From NCBI GenBank assembly GCA_963834305.1, contig CAWIAX010000003.1, positions 53 to 64,052 of the forward strand: a stretch of 64,000 nucleotides of DNA. Direction: 5' to 3'. This document shows positions 10,498-22,869 of the stretch, piece by piece; positions within the stretch are counted from its first letter, which is position 1; every line of letters starts with the position of its first letter. Under the pieces are notes generated by a model, which was not told where the DNA came from, did no database searches, and saw only the letters and a list, made by a program, of their open reading frames with translations. Source of the DNA: an uncultured Acidobacteriota bacterium (lineage in GTDB: Bacteria > Acidobacteriota > Vicinamibacteria > Vicinamibacterales > 2-12-FULL-66-21). A program made the position numbers and the translations under genes.

Positions 10498-11394
10498 TCA
10501 TCCCCGCCCCTCGCCGAAATATTCCGCGCGCTTCTGCTTGAGAAAGGCCGCGGACCGGGCAATCTCGTCCAGCCCGTTCATGCCGTCCTCGATCGAGATC
10601 CAGCCGTTGAACTGCACGCCGGCGAGCAACCGGAAGATGGCGTCGTAGTCGTTCATGCCCTGGCCGGTCTCGCCGTGCTTGAGCGCCGAGGCGTAGCCGG
10701 TCGCGCCATCGCCGGTCTTGAGGTCGTCGAGCGTGGCGCCCGGCGCCAGGTAGCGATCGGAGGCGTGCATGGTGACCACGCGGTGGCACACCTTCTCGAG
10801 GAAGCGGATGGGATCGAAGCCGCCGACCACCGCGTTCGACGGATCGTACTGGACGCCGAAGTACGGCGAATCGATCTGCCCGATGATCTCGAGGAAGATG
10901 TCCTCCGGCTGGGCGAACTCCGGGTAGCGCCAGGTCCCGTCCTTGTAGTGGTTCTCCATGCACAGGACCACCCCCTTCGCCTCCGCGTAGTCGAGCGACC
11001 GCCGGATGCCGTCAACCGTCCGGCGGATCCCTTCATCGCGTGCGAGGCCCGGATAACGCTGCCCGCTCAGCGTCCGGCAGTGCCGTGCGCCGAGGCGCAC
11101 CGTCAGGTCGATGGCCGCCTTCTGGCGCTCGACCTGGCGGCGCCGTTCATCGGGATCGTCGTGGGTGAAGTCGGGCGAGAAGCACACCATCGAGCTGATC
11201 TGGCCGGTCGCCTCCATGGCCCGGACGATCGGATCGACGCCGGCGGCATCGAGGCTCGGGAAGAAGCCGTCGTAGTGCTCGACCCCTTCGCCGCCCAGGG
11301 TGGCCGCCTCGTGGATCCACGCCTCGTAGGAGCGGCGGCCTTCGGTGAAGTCGTCGAAGTAACACTTGGGGAACACGCTGATGCGGGGCGCCAT
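10498..11394 (-). CDS. Sugar phosphate isomerase/epimerase (AP_endonuc_2, xylose isomerase-like TIM barrel)
   Basis: Metal ligands MENH, YDPSN, MHASD, SIED. Confidence 0.88.
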   Translation of the reverse strand: MAPRISVFPKCYFDDFTEGRRSYEAWIHEAATLGGEGVEHYDGFFPSLDAAGVDPIVRAMEATGQISSMVCFSPDFTHDDPDERRRQVERQKAAIDLTVRLGARHCRTLSGQRYPGLARDEGIRRTVDGIRRSLDYAEAKGVVLCMENHYKDGTWRYPEFAQPEDIFLEIIGQIDSPYFGVQYDPSNAVVGGFDPIRFLEKVCHRVVTMHASDRYLAPGATLDDLKTGDGATGYASALKHGETGQGMNDYDAIFRLLAGVQFNGWISIEDGMNGLDEIARSAAFLKQKRAEYFGEGRG

Positions 11395-11462
11395 CCTGCG
11401 ACTGTATCAGCGCGGCGGGAGCGTGGGAAGGCACGCCGGGCCGCGCGCCGGACGGGCGCGCG

Positions 11463-14120
11463 TCAGCGGGCGCGGCGCGCGGTGAGCCAGTTCGCCAGCA
11501 CGTGCAGCGGGGCGGAGGTGACGTCCTGGACGGCCACCTTCATCAGGAAGCGGCTGCCGTCGCCGCTCACGTCGTAGCTGCTCAGGTAGGGGTCGCGCGG
11601 CGGCGGCGCCGTCACCTGGAACATCCGCTGCGGGGCGGCCGGCGCCCCGGCGGTGAACGACACGGTGGTCATCCACGAATCGGCGGAGATGTAATACAGC
11701 TCGCGTCCGTCGCCGCGCCAGCGCGGGTCGGTGCCGCCGCCCGCCGAGACCTGCCAGCGCCGCGCCTCGTCGGCCAGGCTGCGGACGTAGACCTGCGCCT
11801 GCCCGGATTCAAGCGAGGCATAGGCCAGCCAGGCGCCGTCGCTCGACACCTGCCCCTGCATCTCGTGGAAGCCGGTCTTGACGATCGGCGCCGGCTGCGA
11901 GCCGTCGGCCGCGCTCAGCCAGATGTCGGACCCGGTCTCGCGCTCGTACGTATGGAACACCAGGCCGCGTCCGCCGGGCCGCGAGTCGGTCGGATACTTC
12001 GCGCTCGGGCTCTGCAGGAGCAGGGTGTCGGGTCCGGACCCGTTGGCCGCCTTCGTGTAGAGATCGTTCAGGCCGCTGCGGTTGGAGCGGAACACGATCT
12101 GCCGGCCGTCGGCGGACCACACAGGGGACGCATCGGTTGCCGCGTCGGAGGTGAGGCGGGTCTTGGCGCCTCGGGCGAGGTCGAGCACGCGGATGTCGGG
12201 ACGGTGGCTCTGGGGATCGACCTCCGCGACGGCGAGCTGCGTGTCGTCGGGCGACAGCCGGAAGTCCACGTAGTCGGCGGGTGGCGCCACCGGTCCGATT
12301 CGCTTCCCCGCGCGATCAATCCACACGAGCTCGGAGCTGGCGGCGCTGGTCGCGTAGACCAGAACCCCCTCGCCGGCCGCCGAGAACGCGCCAAAGAAGT
12401 TGCTCGAGCCAGCCACCGACGGCACCAGAGGGAACGGCTCGCCGGTCAGCTGCGCGGTCTTCGGGTCGAACGCCGCCGCCATCAGCGTGTCGTTGGCCAC
12501 GAACAGGAGGTGGCCGGGCGCCGCGAACGCCGCGCTCAGGCTGGAGGAGACGACCTTGCGGGGCGCCGGGCGCTCCAGGTCGTCCATGTACACGCCATGG
12601 CCCTCCGGCGCCGTACCCTGCACGAAATAGACGAACTGGCGGTCGTCGGGCAGGAACTGCGGCCAGCGATGGGATGCCTGCAGCGAGGCGGTGTCGGGCC
12701 GGGTCACCGGCACGACGTCGCCGCCCCCCTCCGGCACGCGAAACAATCCCCCCTCGGTGTTCGGCGCAAAGAGGATGATGCCGCTCCGGCTCCAGGCGCC
12801 GCCGCGCCCGTGCGCCGCCGGCGCCAGCGTCCGTGCGGGTCCGCCGGCCAGGTCCACCCGCTTGAGGGACCCATGGGCAAAGAACCCCAGGGAGCCGCTG
12901 TCGGGCGCCCAGAACGGGTATTCCGCGTCCTGCGTGTCGGGCACCGGCTCCGGCGTCAGCGAATCCATCGCCCGGATCCACAATTGCGGCGCGTCGCGGC
13001 CGGTCGAGGCCACGAACACCAGGCGGCGGCCGTCCGGCGACAGCGCGAACTGCGGGCTGCGCACCGACGAGGGTGTCGGCGTGAAGCCGCCGCCGGCCGG
13101 CGGAAGAATCGGGAACGTGAACGACGGGGCGTCGGGCGGCGGGGTGCGGTAGCGTGCGACGATCAGCGTCGAGAGACCCGCCACCGCCAGCCCCAGCACG
13201 ACCGCGACCGGCGCAAGCCACCGGCGCCGTGGTGGCGGAAGCGCCGCCGCCGCGGCTGGCCCCGGCGCGCGCTCCAGCCACTGCAGGATCTCCACCAGGT
13301 CTCCTGCCGACTGCCAGCGCGCCTCCGGATCCTTGGTCAACGCCTTGAGCACGACCCAGTCGAGCGCCGGCGGCAGGCCTGGCTGAACGGTCGAGGGAGG
13401 CGCCGGCTCGTCGCGCAGGATCCCGGCAATGACACTCGTCGTGCTCTCCCCTTCGAACGGCTTCGCGCCGGTCGCCATCTCGTAGAGGACGCCGCCGAAC
13501 GAGAACAGGTCGGACCGCGCATCGGCCCGCCGCCCCTCCAGCCGCTCCGGCGCCACGTAGTAGACCGTGCCAAGCAGCGCGCGATCGGAGGGCGCCTGCC
13601 CCCGGGGGGCCGGCGTCTTATCGGGTGGCGCCGGGGCGGCGTCCTCGCCGCGCAGCGTCGCCAGGCCGAAGTCGAGCACCTTCACGCCCGACGGGGTCAG
13701 CATGATGTTCGCCGGCTTGAGGTCGCGGTGCACGATCCCGTGCCGGTGGGCGTGGTCCAGCGCCTCGGCGATCTGGATGCCGTAGCGGAGGACGTCGCGC
13801 AGGGGCAGCGGACCCTTTCCCAGGCGCGCCGCCAGCGTCTCCCCCTGGAGATGTTCCATCACCAGGTAGGGTGCGCCGGCCTCGCGCCCTACGTCGTGGA
13901 TGGCGCAGATGTGCGGGTGGTTGAGCGCCGCGACGGCGCGCGCCTCGTGTTCGAGCGTGCTGGCGTCCCCCGAGAGCGCCAGCGCCGGCCCCAGCACCTT
14001 GATGGCCACAGTGCGGTCCAGGCGGGTGTCCCGCGCGCGGTACACCTCGCCCATCCCGCCGGCCCCGATGGGGACGCCAATCTCATAGGGGCCGAGCTTT
14101 GCACCGACAGGAAGCGGCAT
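11463..14120 (-). CDS. Hanks-type Ser/Thr protein kinase with TM helix and TolB/PD40-like beta-propeller
   Basis: GAGGMGEVY, VAIKVL, HRDLKPAN, DFG, APE, one TM segment, repeated SPDG/WAPD propeller motifs. Confidence 0.95.
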   Translation of the reverse strand: MPLPVGAKLGPYEIGVPIGAGGMGEVYRARDTRLDRTVAIKVLGPALALSGDASTLEHEARAVAALNHPHICAIHDVGREAGAPYLVMEHLQGETLAARLGKGPLPLRDVLRYGIQIAEALDHAHRHGIVHRDLKPANIMLTPSGVKVLDFGLATLRGEDAAPAPPDKTPAPRGQAPSDRALLGTVYYVAPERLEGRRADARSDLFSFGGVLYEMATGAKPFEGESTTSVIAGILRDEPAPPSTVQPGLPPALDWVVLKALTKDPEARWQSAGDLVEILQWLERAPGPAAAAALPPPRRRWLAPVAVVLGLAVAGLSTLIVARYRTPPPDAPSFTFPILPPAGGGFTPTPSSVRSPQFALSPDGRRLVFVASTGRDAPQLWIRAMDSLTPEPVPDTQDAEYPFWAPDSGSLGFFAHGSLKRVDLAGGPARTLAPAAHGRGGAWSRSGIILFAPNTEGGLFRVPEGGGDVVPVTRPDTASLQASHRWPQFLPDDRQFVYFVQGTAPEGHGVYMDDLERPAPRKVVSSSLSAAFAAPGHLLFVANDTLMAAAFDPKTAQLTGEPFPLVPSVAGSSNFFGAFSAAGEGVLVYATSAASSELVWIDRAGKRIGPVAPPADYVDFRLSPDDTQLAVAEVDPQSHRPDIRVLDLARGAKTRLTSDAATDASPVWSADGRQIVFRSNRSGLNDLYTKAANGSGPDTLLLQSPSAKYPTDSRPGGRGLVFHTYERETGSDIWLSAADGSQPAPIVKTGFHEMQGQVSSDGAWLAYASLESGQAQVYVRSLADEARRWQVSAGGGTDPRWRGDGRELYYISADSWMTTVSFTAGAPAAPQRMFQVTAPPPRDPYLSSYDVSGDGSRFLMKVAVQDVTSAPLHVLANWLTARRAR

Positions 14121-14260
14121 CGTTCTCTTTTATCGACGCTCGTCATGCGCGCCGACACACCTGTCGCCGCACTTCACGCCGTGGGTCCTGCGATTGCCGG
14201 TCATTCTGGCGACCCGGCGCCCGGGCGCGCGTGGGCCCGGGTCTTCACGCGTCCAGCGGA

Positions 14261-15280
14261 CTAGGCCGCACAGACGTAATCCACGCCCTCGACCCGCCCG
14301 ATCGACGACAGGACGCCGCGAATCTCGCGGCGCGGTCCGTCCCGCGCCACCGACACGACAATCGGCGCGCCGTCGAGCCCCGCGAGCCCGGTGTGCTCGA
14401 TCACAGGGGCGCCATGGATGCGCTGGCCGATGCGTCCCAGCTTCACTTCCACGATGTGCGACGGCGTCTTGCCATGTGCCGCCAGCGCACGCCGGAGCGC
14501 GCGGCCGGTCCCGCCGTATCCCCACAACACATAGGTGGCCGCCCGGCGCAGGAACCCCGCCGCGAGGTAATGCGCCTTGCAGGCAGTGAAGCGGTCGAGG
14601 GCATACCGCGGATCCGTTCGCGACAGCGTGCCCGTCCCCCGCCGCCAGCCGAGCAGCCGCCGCGCCACCATGCCGACCCGCAGGCCCGCCCCGAGCGCGC
14701 GCAGGACCAGGTCGTAATCCTCCGGCCACCCCCGGTCCGCATACCCGAGCGCCGCCATCTCCCGCCGCATCATCACGGCGGGATGCGCGACGGGACACTC
14801 CACGAACGCTTCCCGCGCGACATCGCCGTCCGACCGCATGCCGTTCAGCCACGCTTCGTATTCGCGCAGCCGCGGCGACAGCGCCGCCCGCGGGAACAGC
14901 CGCACGTGACAGCCCACCGCCGACAGTCCCGGCTCGCGGTCGAGCACCGCCGCCTGCATCGCCAGCCGCTCGCGGTGCATCACGTCGTCAGCATCCATGC
15001 GCGCGACGAGCGGCGCCCGGCAGTGCGCCAGCCCCTCGTTGAGGGCCGGCACCAGGCCGCGGGGTGGAGTGGACACGAGCAGGATGCGGCTATCCGCGCG
15101 CGCCGCGCGGGCGGCAATTCCTGCCGTCCCGTCGATGGACCCGTCGTCCACCAGCACGCATTCCCAGGAGGGTTCAGCCTGGCGGACGATGCTCCGGAGG
15201 CAGGATTCGAGCGTTCCGGCGGCGTTTCGCGCCGGCAGGAGGATGGAGATGCGCGGACAGCTGGCGGCGCGCGCGGTCAG
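14261..15280 (-). CDS. Glycosyltransferase family 2 with C-terminal Rossmann-like domain; probable CTG start
   Basis: The frame extends upstream of the ORF call to PRISILLPARN...VLVDDGS; also ARMDADD and PEDYDL. The frame is closed by TAG at 15308-15310, and CTG 15280 follows a GGAGGAGGGAG SD. Confidence 0.85.
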   Translation of the reverse strand: MTARAASCPRISILLPARNAAGTLESCLRSIVRQAEPSWECVLVDDGSIDGTAGIAARAARADSRILLVSTPPRGLVPALNEGLAHCRAPLVARMDADDVMHRERLAMQAAVLDREPGLSAVGCHVRLFPRAALSPRLREYEAWLNGMRSDGDVAREAFVECPVAHPAVMMRREMAALGYADRGWPEDYDLVLRALGAGLRVGMVARRLLGWRRGTGTLSRTDPRYALDRFTACKAHYLAAGFLRRAATYVLWGYGGTGRALRRALAAHGKTPSHIVEVKLGRIGQRIHGAPVIEHTGLAGLDGAPIVVSVARDGPRREIRGVLSSIGRVEGVDYVCAA

Positions 15281-15338
15281 GGTGCTCCCTCCTCCGGAAA
15301 GGGCGTACTATACCCCGCGTAATGATTGGCGAGGTGTG

Positions 15339-16643
15339 ATGACTGGCGATGAGATAGTGGCGCTTTCGAAGAAGCACACGATCCAGGAGTGGTCCGCCCA
15401 GAAATCAATCGACCCGATTCCCGTGGCGGGGGCGAAAGGGGTCTACTTCTGGACCCCCGAAGGCAAGCGCTTCCTCGACTTCAACAGCCAGCTGATGTGC
15501 GTGAACATCGGCCACGGCGAGCCCCGGGTGATCGCGGCGATCCAGGCTCAGGCCGCGGCGCTGGCCTATGCCAACCCGTTCATGGCGACCGAGCCGCGGG
15601 CGCGCCTCGGCGCGAAGCTCGCGGAGATCACGCCGGGCGACATCGACGTCTTCTTCTTCACGAACGGCGGCGCCGAGGCCAACGAGAACGCCTTCAAGAT
15701 CGCGCGGGCCGTCACCGGCCGGCAGAAGATCCTGGCGCGCTACCGCTCCTATCACGGCGGAACGGCGGGCGCGATTGCCGCCACCGGCGACCCCCGGCGG
15801 TGGACGCAGCCGGCGCTCCCTGGCATCGTCCATGTGCTCGACCCGTATCACGGCATCGAGCGCGGCTGGGACGAGGCGGGCGCGGCGCTGCAGTACCTCG
15901 AAGAGGTCATCCAGCTCGAAGGCCCGGACACGATTGCCGGCTTCATCCTCGAGCCGGTCACCGGGACCAACGGCATCCTCGTGCCGCCGGACGGCTATCT
16001 CCAGGGCGTCCGGGCGCTCTGCGACAAGTACGGCATCCTGATGATTGCCGACGAGGTGATGTCGGGGTTCGGACGCACCGGCGCCTGGTTCGCCGTGAAC
16101 CACTGGAACGTCGTGCCGGATCTCCTGACGATGGCCAAGGGACTGACGAGCGCATACGTGCAGCTCGGCGCCGTCGGGCTCAGGCGCCCGATCGCGGACC
16201 ACTTCTCGACCCGCGTCTTCCCCGGCGGGCTCACCTACAACAGCCATCCGCTGGCATGCGCCGCCGGCCTTGCCGCGATTGCCGTCATGGAAGAGGATGG
16301 CCTCGTCGAGAAGGCGCGCGCCACGGGCGAGGTGATGGCCGGGCTGCTCGCGGATCTCGCCGCCCGGCACCCGTCGGTCGGCGCCGTCCGCTCCATCGGC
16401 CTCTTCGGCATCGTCGAGCTGGTGCGGAACCGTGGCACGCGCACGCCGATGGCACCGTTCAACGGCACGTCGCCGGAAATGACCGAGCTCGGCGCGTTCT
16501 TCCGCCGGGAGGGCCTCTACACGTTCGTGCGCTGGAACTACTTCTTCACCAATCCGCCGCTGTGCATCAGCGAGGCGGAGCTGCGCGAAGGCTTCGCCAT
16601 CATCGATCGCGCGCTGGCCATCACCGACAGGGCGGCAGAGTAG
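15339..16643 (+). CDS. Class III PLP-dependent aminotransferase (omega-amino acid/taurine/beta-alanine type)
   Basis: FTNGGAEANE, SYHG, DEVMSGFGRTG, MAKGLT; GAGGTG SD before ATG 15339. Confidence 0.92.
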   Translation: MTGDEIVALSKKHTIQEWSAQKSIDPIPVAGAKGVYFWTPEGKRFLDFNSQLMCVNIGHGEPRVIAAIQAQAAALAYANPFMATEPRARLGAKLAEITPGDIDVFFFTNGGAEANENAFKIARAVTGRQKILARYRSYHGGTAGAIAATGDPRRWTQPALPGIVHVLDPYHGIERGWDEAGAALQYLEEVIQLEGPDTIAGFILEPVTGTNGILVPPDGYLQGVRALCDKYGILMIADEVMSGFGRTGAWFAVNHWNVVPDLLTMAKGLTSAYVQLGAVGLRRPIADHFSTRVFPGGLTYNSHPLACAAGLAAIAVMEEDGLVEKARATGEVMAGLLADLAARHPSVGAVRSIGLFGIVELVRNRGTRTPMAPFNGTSPEMTELGAFFRREGLYTFVRWNYFFTNPPLCISEAELREGFAIIDRALAITDRAAE

Positions 16644-16665
16644 CGCGCCGCCGCGAGCCCACACC

Positions 16666-17722
16666 ATGCCTGCCACCCGACGCCTCCTCCTTCCGTTCCT
16701 CTGCACGGTCATGCTGATCGGCACCGTGGCCGCCCGCTACCAGGCGCCCCAGCCCGCCACCCCCGGCGCGGCGGGCGGCCGGTGGCTGAAGGGCAACACC
16801 CACACGCACACCGTCAACAGCGACGGCGACAGCACCCCCGACGAAGTCGTCCGCTGGTATCGCGAGCACGGCTACCAGTTCCTCGTCCTGACGGACCACA
16901 ACTACCTGACGAGCGTCGAAGGGCTGAACGCGCTCCACGGCGCCTCGGAGAAGTTCCTCGTCATCCAGGGGGAGGAAGTCACGATGACGGCGGCCAGCAA
17001 GCCCGTCCACGTCAACGGCCTCGGCGTCGAGTCGCTGGTGGCGCCGCCGGCGGGCAGCACGGTGCTGCAGGCGCTCCAGCAGGCGGTGGATGCGATCCGC
17101 GCGGTGAAAGGCATCCCGCACGTCAACCATCCGAACTTCGGCTGGGCGCTGACGACCGCCGACCTCGAAAAGCTCGAACGCACGCGGCTGTTCGAGGTCT
17201 ACAACGGGCACCCCCAGGTCAACAACATCGGCGGCGGCGGCCAGCCGGGCCTCGAAGAGATGTGGGACCGCATCCTGACGAGCGGCCGGCTCATCTACGG
17301 CATTGCCGTAGACGATGCGCACCATTTCAAGAGGGCGGGGGATCCGGCGGCGTCCGGGCCGGGGCGGGGATGGGTGTTCGTCCGCGCCGCCAGGCTCGAG
17401 TCGCGCGCCATCCTCGAGGCGCTCGACCGTGGCGATTTCTACGCCTCCACCGGGGTGGAGCTGGCCGATTACCAGCCGGCGGCCACCGGCATCTCGCTCA
17501 AGGTCCGGGCGAACGCCTGGAGCAAGTACCGCGTGCAGTTCATCGGCCGCGGCGGCCGCGTGCTGTCGGAAGTGCGCCGACGCGTCGGCCAGCTACACCT
17601 TCAAGGGCGATGAAGGCTACGTGCGCGCCAAGGTCATCGAGTCCAACGGGCAGGTGGCCTGGATGCAGCCGGTACCGGTCGGCGCCCAGGCGCCCGTGGC
17701 ATCGCCCACCGCCTTGCCTTGA
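16666..17722 (+). CDS. Exported PHP-domain (CehA/McbA-like) metallohydrolase; +1 frameshift near 17576
   Basis: GNTHTHT, LTDHN, NHP and DDAHH motifs; the C-terminus continues in another frame (YVRAKVIESNGQVAWMQPV). Confidence 0.85.
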
Positions 17723-17748
17723 CACCATCTGAACGCCGGGCGTAACGT
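17719..17748 (+). promoter_or_regulatory. Putative sigma70 promoter for the GMC oxidoreductase operon
   Basis: TTGACA 17719-17724, 18-nt spacer, TAACGT 17743-17748. Confidence 0.55.
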
Positions 17749-17820
17749 GCCCTGATGGGAGGCGGCGCGGCGGCTACGCACGCGCCGCGCGCCGGGACCG
17801 GGTTTTTGCGAGGGGGACAC

Positions 17821-19546
17821 ATGCAGATCGTCCGCAGCCGCACGATGTACGACGTGTGCGTCGTCGGATCGGGCGCCGGGGGCGGAATGGCCGCCATGGT
17901 GCTCGCCAAGGCGGGAGCGAACGTCGTGATGCTCGAAGCGGGGCCGATGTGGGACGCCACGCTCGACACCTTCATGTACGCGTGGTCGTACGACACGCCG
18001 CGGCGCGGCGCGGCGACGCCGGAGCGGCATTTCGGCGAGTTCGACGCGGCGCTCGGCGGCTGGTCGCTCGACGGGGAGCCCTACACCTCGGCGCCCGGCA
18101 GCCAGTTCGACTGGTTCCGGTCGCGCATGCTGGGCGGCCGGACGAACCACTGGGGCCGCATCTCGCTGCGCTTCGGGCCCGACGACTTCCGGCGCAAGAG
18201 CATCGACGGGCTGGGCGACGACTGGCCGATCACCTACGACGACGTCAAGCCGTATTACGACAAGATCGACGGGTTCATCGGCATCTTCGGCACCAACCTG
18301 CCGCAGTTCCCGAACGAGCCGGACGGCCTCTTCATGGAGCCGCCGGCGCCGCGCTGCTACGAGCGGCTGATCAAGAAGTCGTGCGACCGGCTCAACATCC
18401 CGAGCGTGCCGTCCCGGCTGTCCATCCTGATGAAGCCGCTCAACGGCCGGGCCGCCTGCCACTTCTGCGGCCAGTGCGGACGCGGCTGTTCGACGCACTC
18501 GAACTTCTCGTCCCCCTCGGTGCTGATCCCGCCGGCGCTCGAGACCGGCCGCCTGAAGATCATCCCGAACGCGATGGCGCGCGAGGTCACCGTGGACGAG
18601 GCGGGGCTGGCGAACGGCGTCACCTACGTGGACAAGGGCACGACGCGCGACAACCACGTGCGGGCGCGAATCGTGGTGCTGGCAGCGAGCGCGTGCGAGA
18701 CCGCCAGGATTCTCCTCAATTCGACGTCGGCGAAGTTCCCGCAGGGGCTGGCGAACTCGAGCGGCACCGTCGGCAAGTACCTGACCGACTCGACCGGGAC
18801 GTCGGTCCGCGGCTTCATCCCGGCGCTGATGGACGGCATCCCGCACAACGAGGACGGCACCGGCGGCATGCACCTCTACACGCCGTGGTGGCTGGACAAC
18901 AGGAAGCTCGACTTCCCGCGCGGCTACCACATCGAGCCGAGCGGCGGGCGGCGCATGCCGAGCGCCGGGTTCGGCAGCGGCATCTACAACTTCACCCCGA
19001 ACGCGCCGGCCGGGCACCCGGAGGCGTTTGGCGGCTGGGGGGCGCGGCTCAAGAACGATTACCGGCGGCTCTACGGCGCCACCGTCGGCTTCGCCGGGCG
19101 CGGCGAGATGGTCCCGAACAAGGACAGCTACTGCGAGATCGATCCGGTGCAGGTCGACAAGTGGGGCATCCCGGTGCTGCGGTTCCACTTCAAGTGGAGC
19201 GACTACGAGCACAAGCAGGCCAAACACATGCAGGAGACCTTCCGCGCGATCATCGCGGACATGGGCGGCACGCCGATGACGCCGATGCCGACGGCGGAAC
19301 AGGGCTACGGCATCGAGGCGGGCGGCCGGATCATCCACGAGGTCGGGGGTCACGCGCATGGGGAAGGACCCGTCCACTTCGGTGCTGAACGCGAACTGCC
19401 AGGCGCACGACGTCAAGAACGTGTTCGTGGCCGACGCCGGCCCGTTCGTGTCGCAGGCCGACAAGAACCTGACGTGGACCATCCTCGCGCTGGCGATGCG
19501 GACGGCGGAATACATCGCCGATCAGCGGAAGGGAGGCACGCTCTGA
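17821..19546 (+). CDS. GMC family flavoprotein oxidoreductase (glucoside 3-dehydrogenase-like large subunit); +1 frameshift near 19348
   Basis: VVGSGAGG FAD motif, LGGRTNHWG, Cys cluster CHFCGQCGRGC, IIHEVG, then in the next frame TRMG...DKNLTWTILALAMR. Confidence 0.9.
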
Positions 19547-20160
19547 TGGCGAAACCCAATCGGCGCACCTTGCTGCAGCTGCTGGCGTCGGCGCCGGTCG
19601 CGGCCGGATTCGTCTGGACCGAGGCCGAGGCGCAGCAGGCGCACCAGCACGCCCAGGCGGCACAGGCCAAGGCCAAGCAGACCGCCACCCCCTTCAAGCC
19701 GAAGTTCTTCACCCGCCACGAATACGCCACGGTGACCATGCTGGCCAACATGGTGATCCCGAAGGACGAGCGGTCGGGCAGCGCCAGCGACGCCGGCGTC
19801 CCGGCGTTCATGGACTTCATGATGGTCGATCAGCCGGCCCGGCAGACCGCGATGCGCGGCGGGCTCGCCTGGCTCGACCGCGAGGCGGTCAGCCGCTACG
19901 ACAAGACGTTCATCGCCGCGACCGCCGAGGAGCGCGGCAAGATCCTCGACGACATCGCGTGGCCGCAGCAGGCGAAGCCGGAGGTGCGGCACGGCGTCGC
20001 CTTCTTCAACAGCTTCCGCGACCTGACGGCGAGCGGCTTCTTCACCAGCAAGATGGGGATGGCCGACCTGCAGTACATGGGCAACCGCTACGTCCCGGTG
20101 TGGACCGGGTGCCCGGACGAAGTGCTCGCCAAGCTCGGGTTGACACCGCCGAAGGCCTGA
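19546..20160 (+). CDS. Gluconate 2-dehydrogenase subunit 3 family protein (Tat small subunit)
   Basis: TGATG overlap with the GMC gene; NRRTLL Tat motif; IPKDERSGSASDAGVPAF and FFTSKMG. Confidence 0.88.
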   Translation: MAKPNRRTLLQLLASAPVAAGFVWTEAEAQQAHQHAQAAQAKAKQTATPFKPKFFTRHEYATVTMLANMVIPKDERSGSASDAGVPAFMDFMMVDQPARQTAMRGGLAWLDREAVSRYDKTFIAATAEERGKILDDIAWPQQAKPEVRHGVAFFNSFRDLTASGFFTSKMGMADLQYMGNRYVPVWTGCPDEVLAKLGLTPPKA

Positions 20161-20168
20161 CGCGCGGC

Positions 20169-20642
20169 TCAGACCACCTTGGCGTACTTCAGCATCTCCG
20201 GCTCGAAGCCCGCCCGCTCGTAGAACCGCCGGCCGCGCGCGTTGCCGGCAAAGACGTTGAGCGTCAGCAGCGACAGCCCCCGGCGCCGCGTCCAGGCCTC
20301 GGCGTGCGCCATGAGCGCCCGGCCGACGCCGGACCCCTCCGCCGCCTCGGTCGTCGCCAGCACCGACACGTGCGCGTGGCGGCGGCCGAAGAAATCGGTC
20401 ACCGCCACCATGTGCAGGCACCCGGCCACCACGCCGTCGCGCTCCGCGATCACCACGTCCTCGTCCGCCTGGCGCGCGCCGACCGCCTCGAGCATCGCGC
20501 GGGCATCGGCCACGGCAATCTCGGCGGGCGTGCGCCACGGCGGCAGCGGGAAGGCGGTGAGCCGTGCCGCCAGGCTGGTCAGGGCCGGCTCGTCGGCGGG
20601 GGTGGCGGGACGGATGGTCACATCGGGCGGCATGCTCTTCAT
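20169..20642 (-). CDS. GNAT family N-acetyltransferase
   Basis: TIRPATPAD, EGSGVGRALM acetyl-CoA motif, NARGRRFYERAGF. Confidence 0.88.
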   Translation of the reverse strand: MKSMPPDVTIRPATPADEPALTSLAARLTAFPLPPWRTPAEIAVADARAMLEAVGARQADEDVVIAERDGVVAGCLHMVAVTDFFGRRHAHVSVLATTEAAEGSGVGRALMAHAEAWTRRRGLSLLTLNVFAGNARGRRFYERAGFEPEMLKYAKVV

Positions 20643-20728
20643 CCCTGGATTATCCCTGGACGCGGGCCGCGGCGGCCGCCGCGCGCCGCGCTGGCCAACC
20701 AGGACCCCCGGCACTAAAATAGGCGGAC

Positions 20729-21304
20729 ATGGCTGCCCTGATTGAAGCAATCGAGATCAAGCGCAAGATGTTCTTCGAGTACGAAGATGCGCCCTACCAC
20801 TGCGTCGGCGTCGAGGTGTCGAGCCCGACGGCGCGGGGCGGCCAGACGCTCGTGCGCATCAAGATGCGCAACCTGCTGACCGGATCGGTCTTCGACAAGA
20901 CCTTCAAGGCGGGCGAGAAGTTCAAGGAGCCCGACCTGTCGTCCGGCCCGGCAACGTTCCTCTACGCCGACAGCGGCGGCTACCACTTCCTGGACCAGGA
21001 GACGTTCGACACGCTGACGCTCTCGGCGGCGACGGTCGGCGACGGGCGCGCGCTGCTCGCCGACAACGTCCTCATCGACATCCAGAAGTACAACGGCAAC
21101 CCGATCGCCATCGAGTTCCCGCCGCACGTCGAGCTGACCGTCGCGTCCACCGAGCCCGGGGTGCGCGGCGACACCGCCAGCGGCGGCGTCACGAAGGCCG
21201 CCACGCTCGAGACCGGCCTCGAGATTCGCGTCCCCCTGTTCATCAAGGAGGGGGAGAGGGTGAAGGTCCACACCGAGACCCGCGAGTTCGCGGGGCGGGC
21301 GTGA
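20729..21304 (+). CDS. efpL: Elongation factor P-like protein EfpL (YeiP)
   Basis: EF-P fold (FKAGEKF, PGVRGDTA, KAATLETGLEIRVPLFIKEGE) with loop SPTARG, typical of EfpL/YeiP, instead of the PGKG loop. Confidence 0.85.
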   Translation: MAALIEAIEIKRKMFFEYEDAPYHCVGVEVSSPTARGGQTLVRIKMRNLLTGSVFDKTFKAGEKFKEPDLSSGPATFLYADSGGYHFLDQETFDTLTLSAATVGDGRALLADNVLIDIQKYNGNPIAIEFPPHVELTVASTEPGVRGDTASGGVTKAATLETGLEIRVPLFIKEGERVKVHTETREFAGRA

Positions 21305-21315
21305 GGCGCACGGCC

Positions 21316-22868
<1,553 letters not shown>

Positions 22869-22869
<1 letters not shown>

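Noticed and set aside
17755-20160. 801-aa ORF suggesting a GMC-small subunit fusion
   Set aside because: Artefact of a +1 indel near 19348; the true GMC C-terminus is in another frame and ends at TGA 19546, overlapping the next ATG
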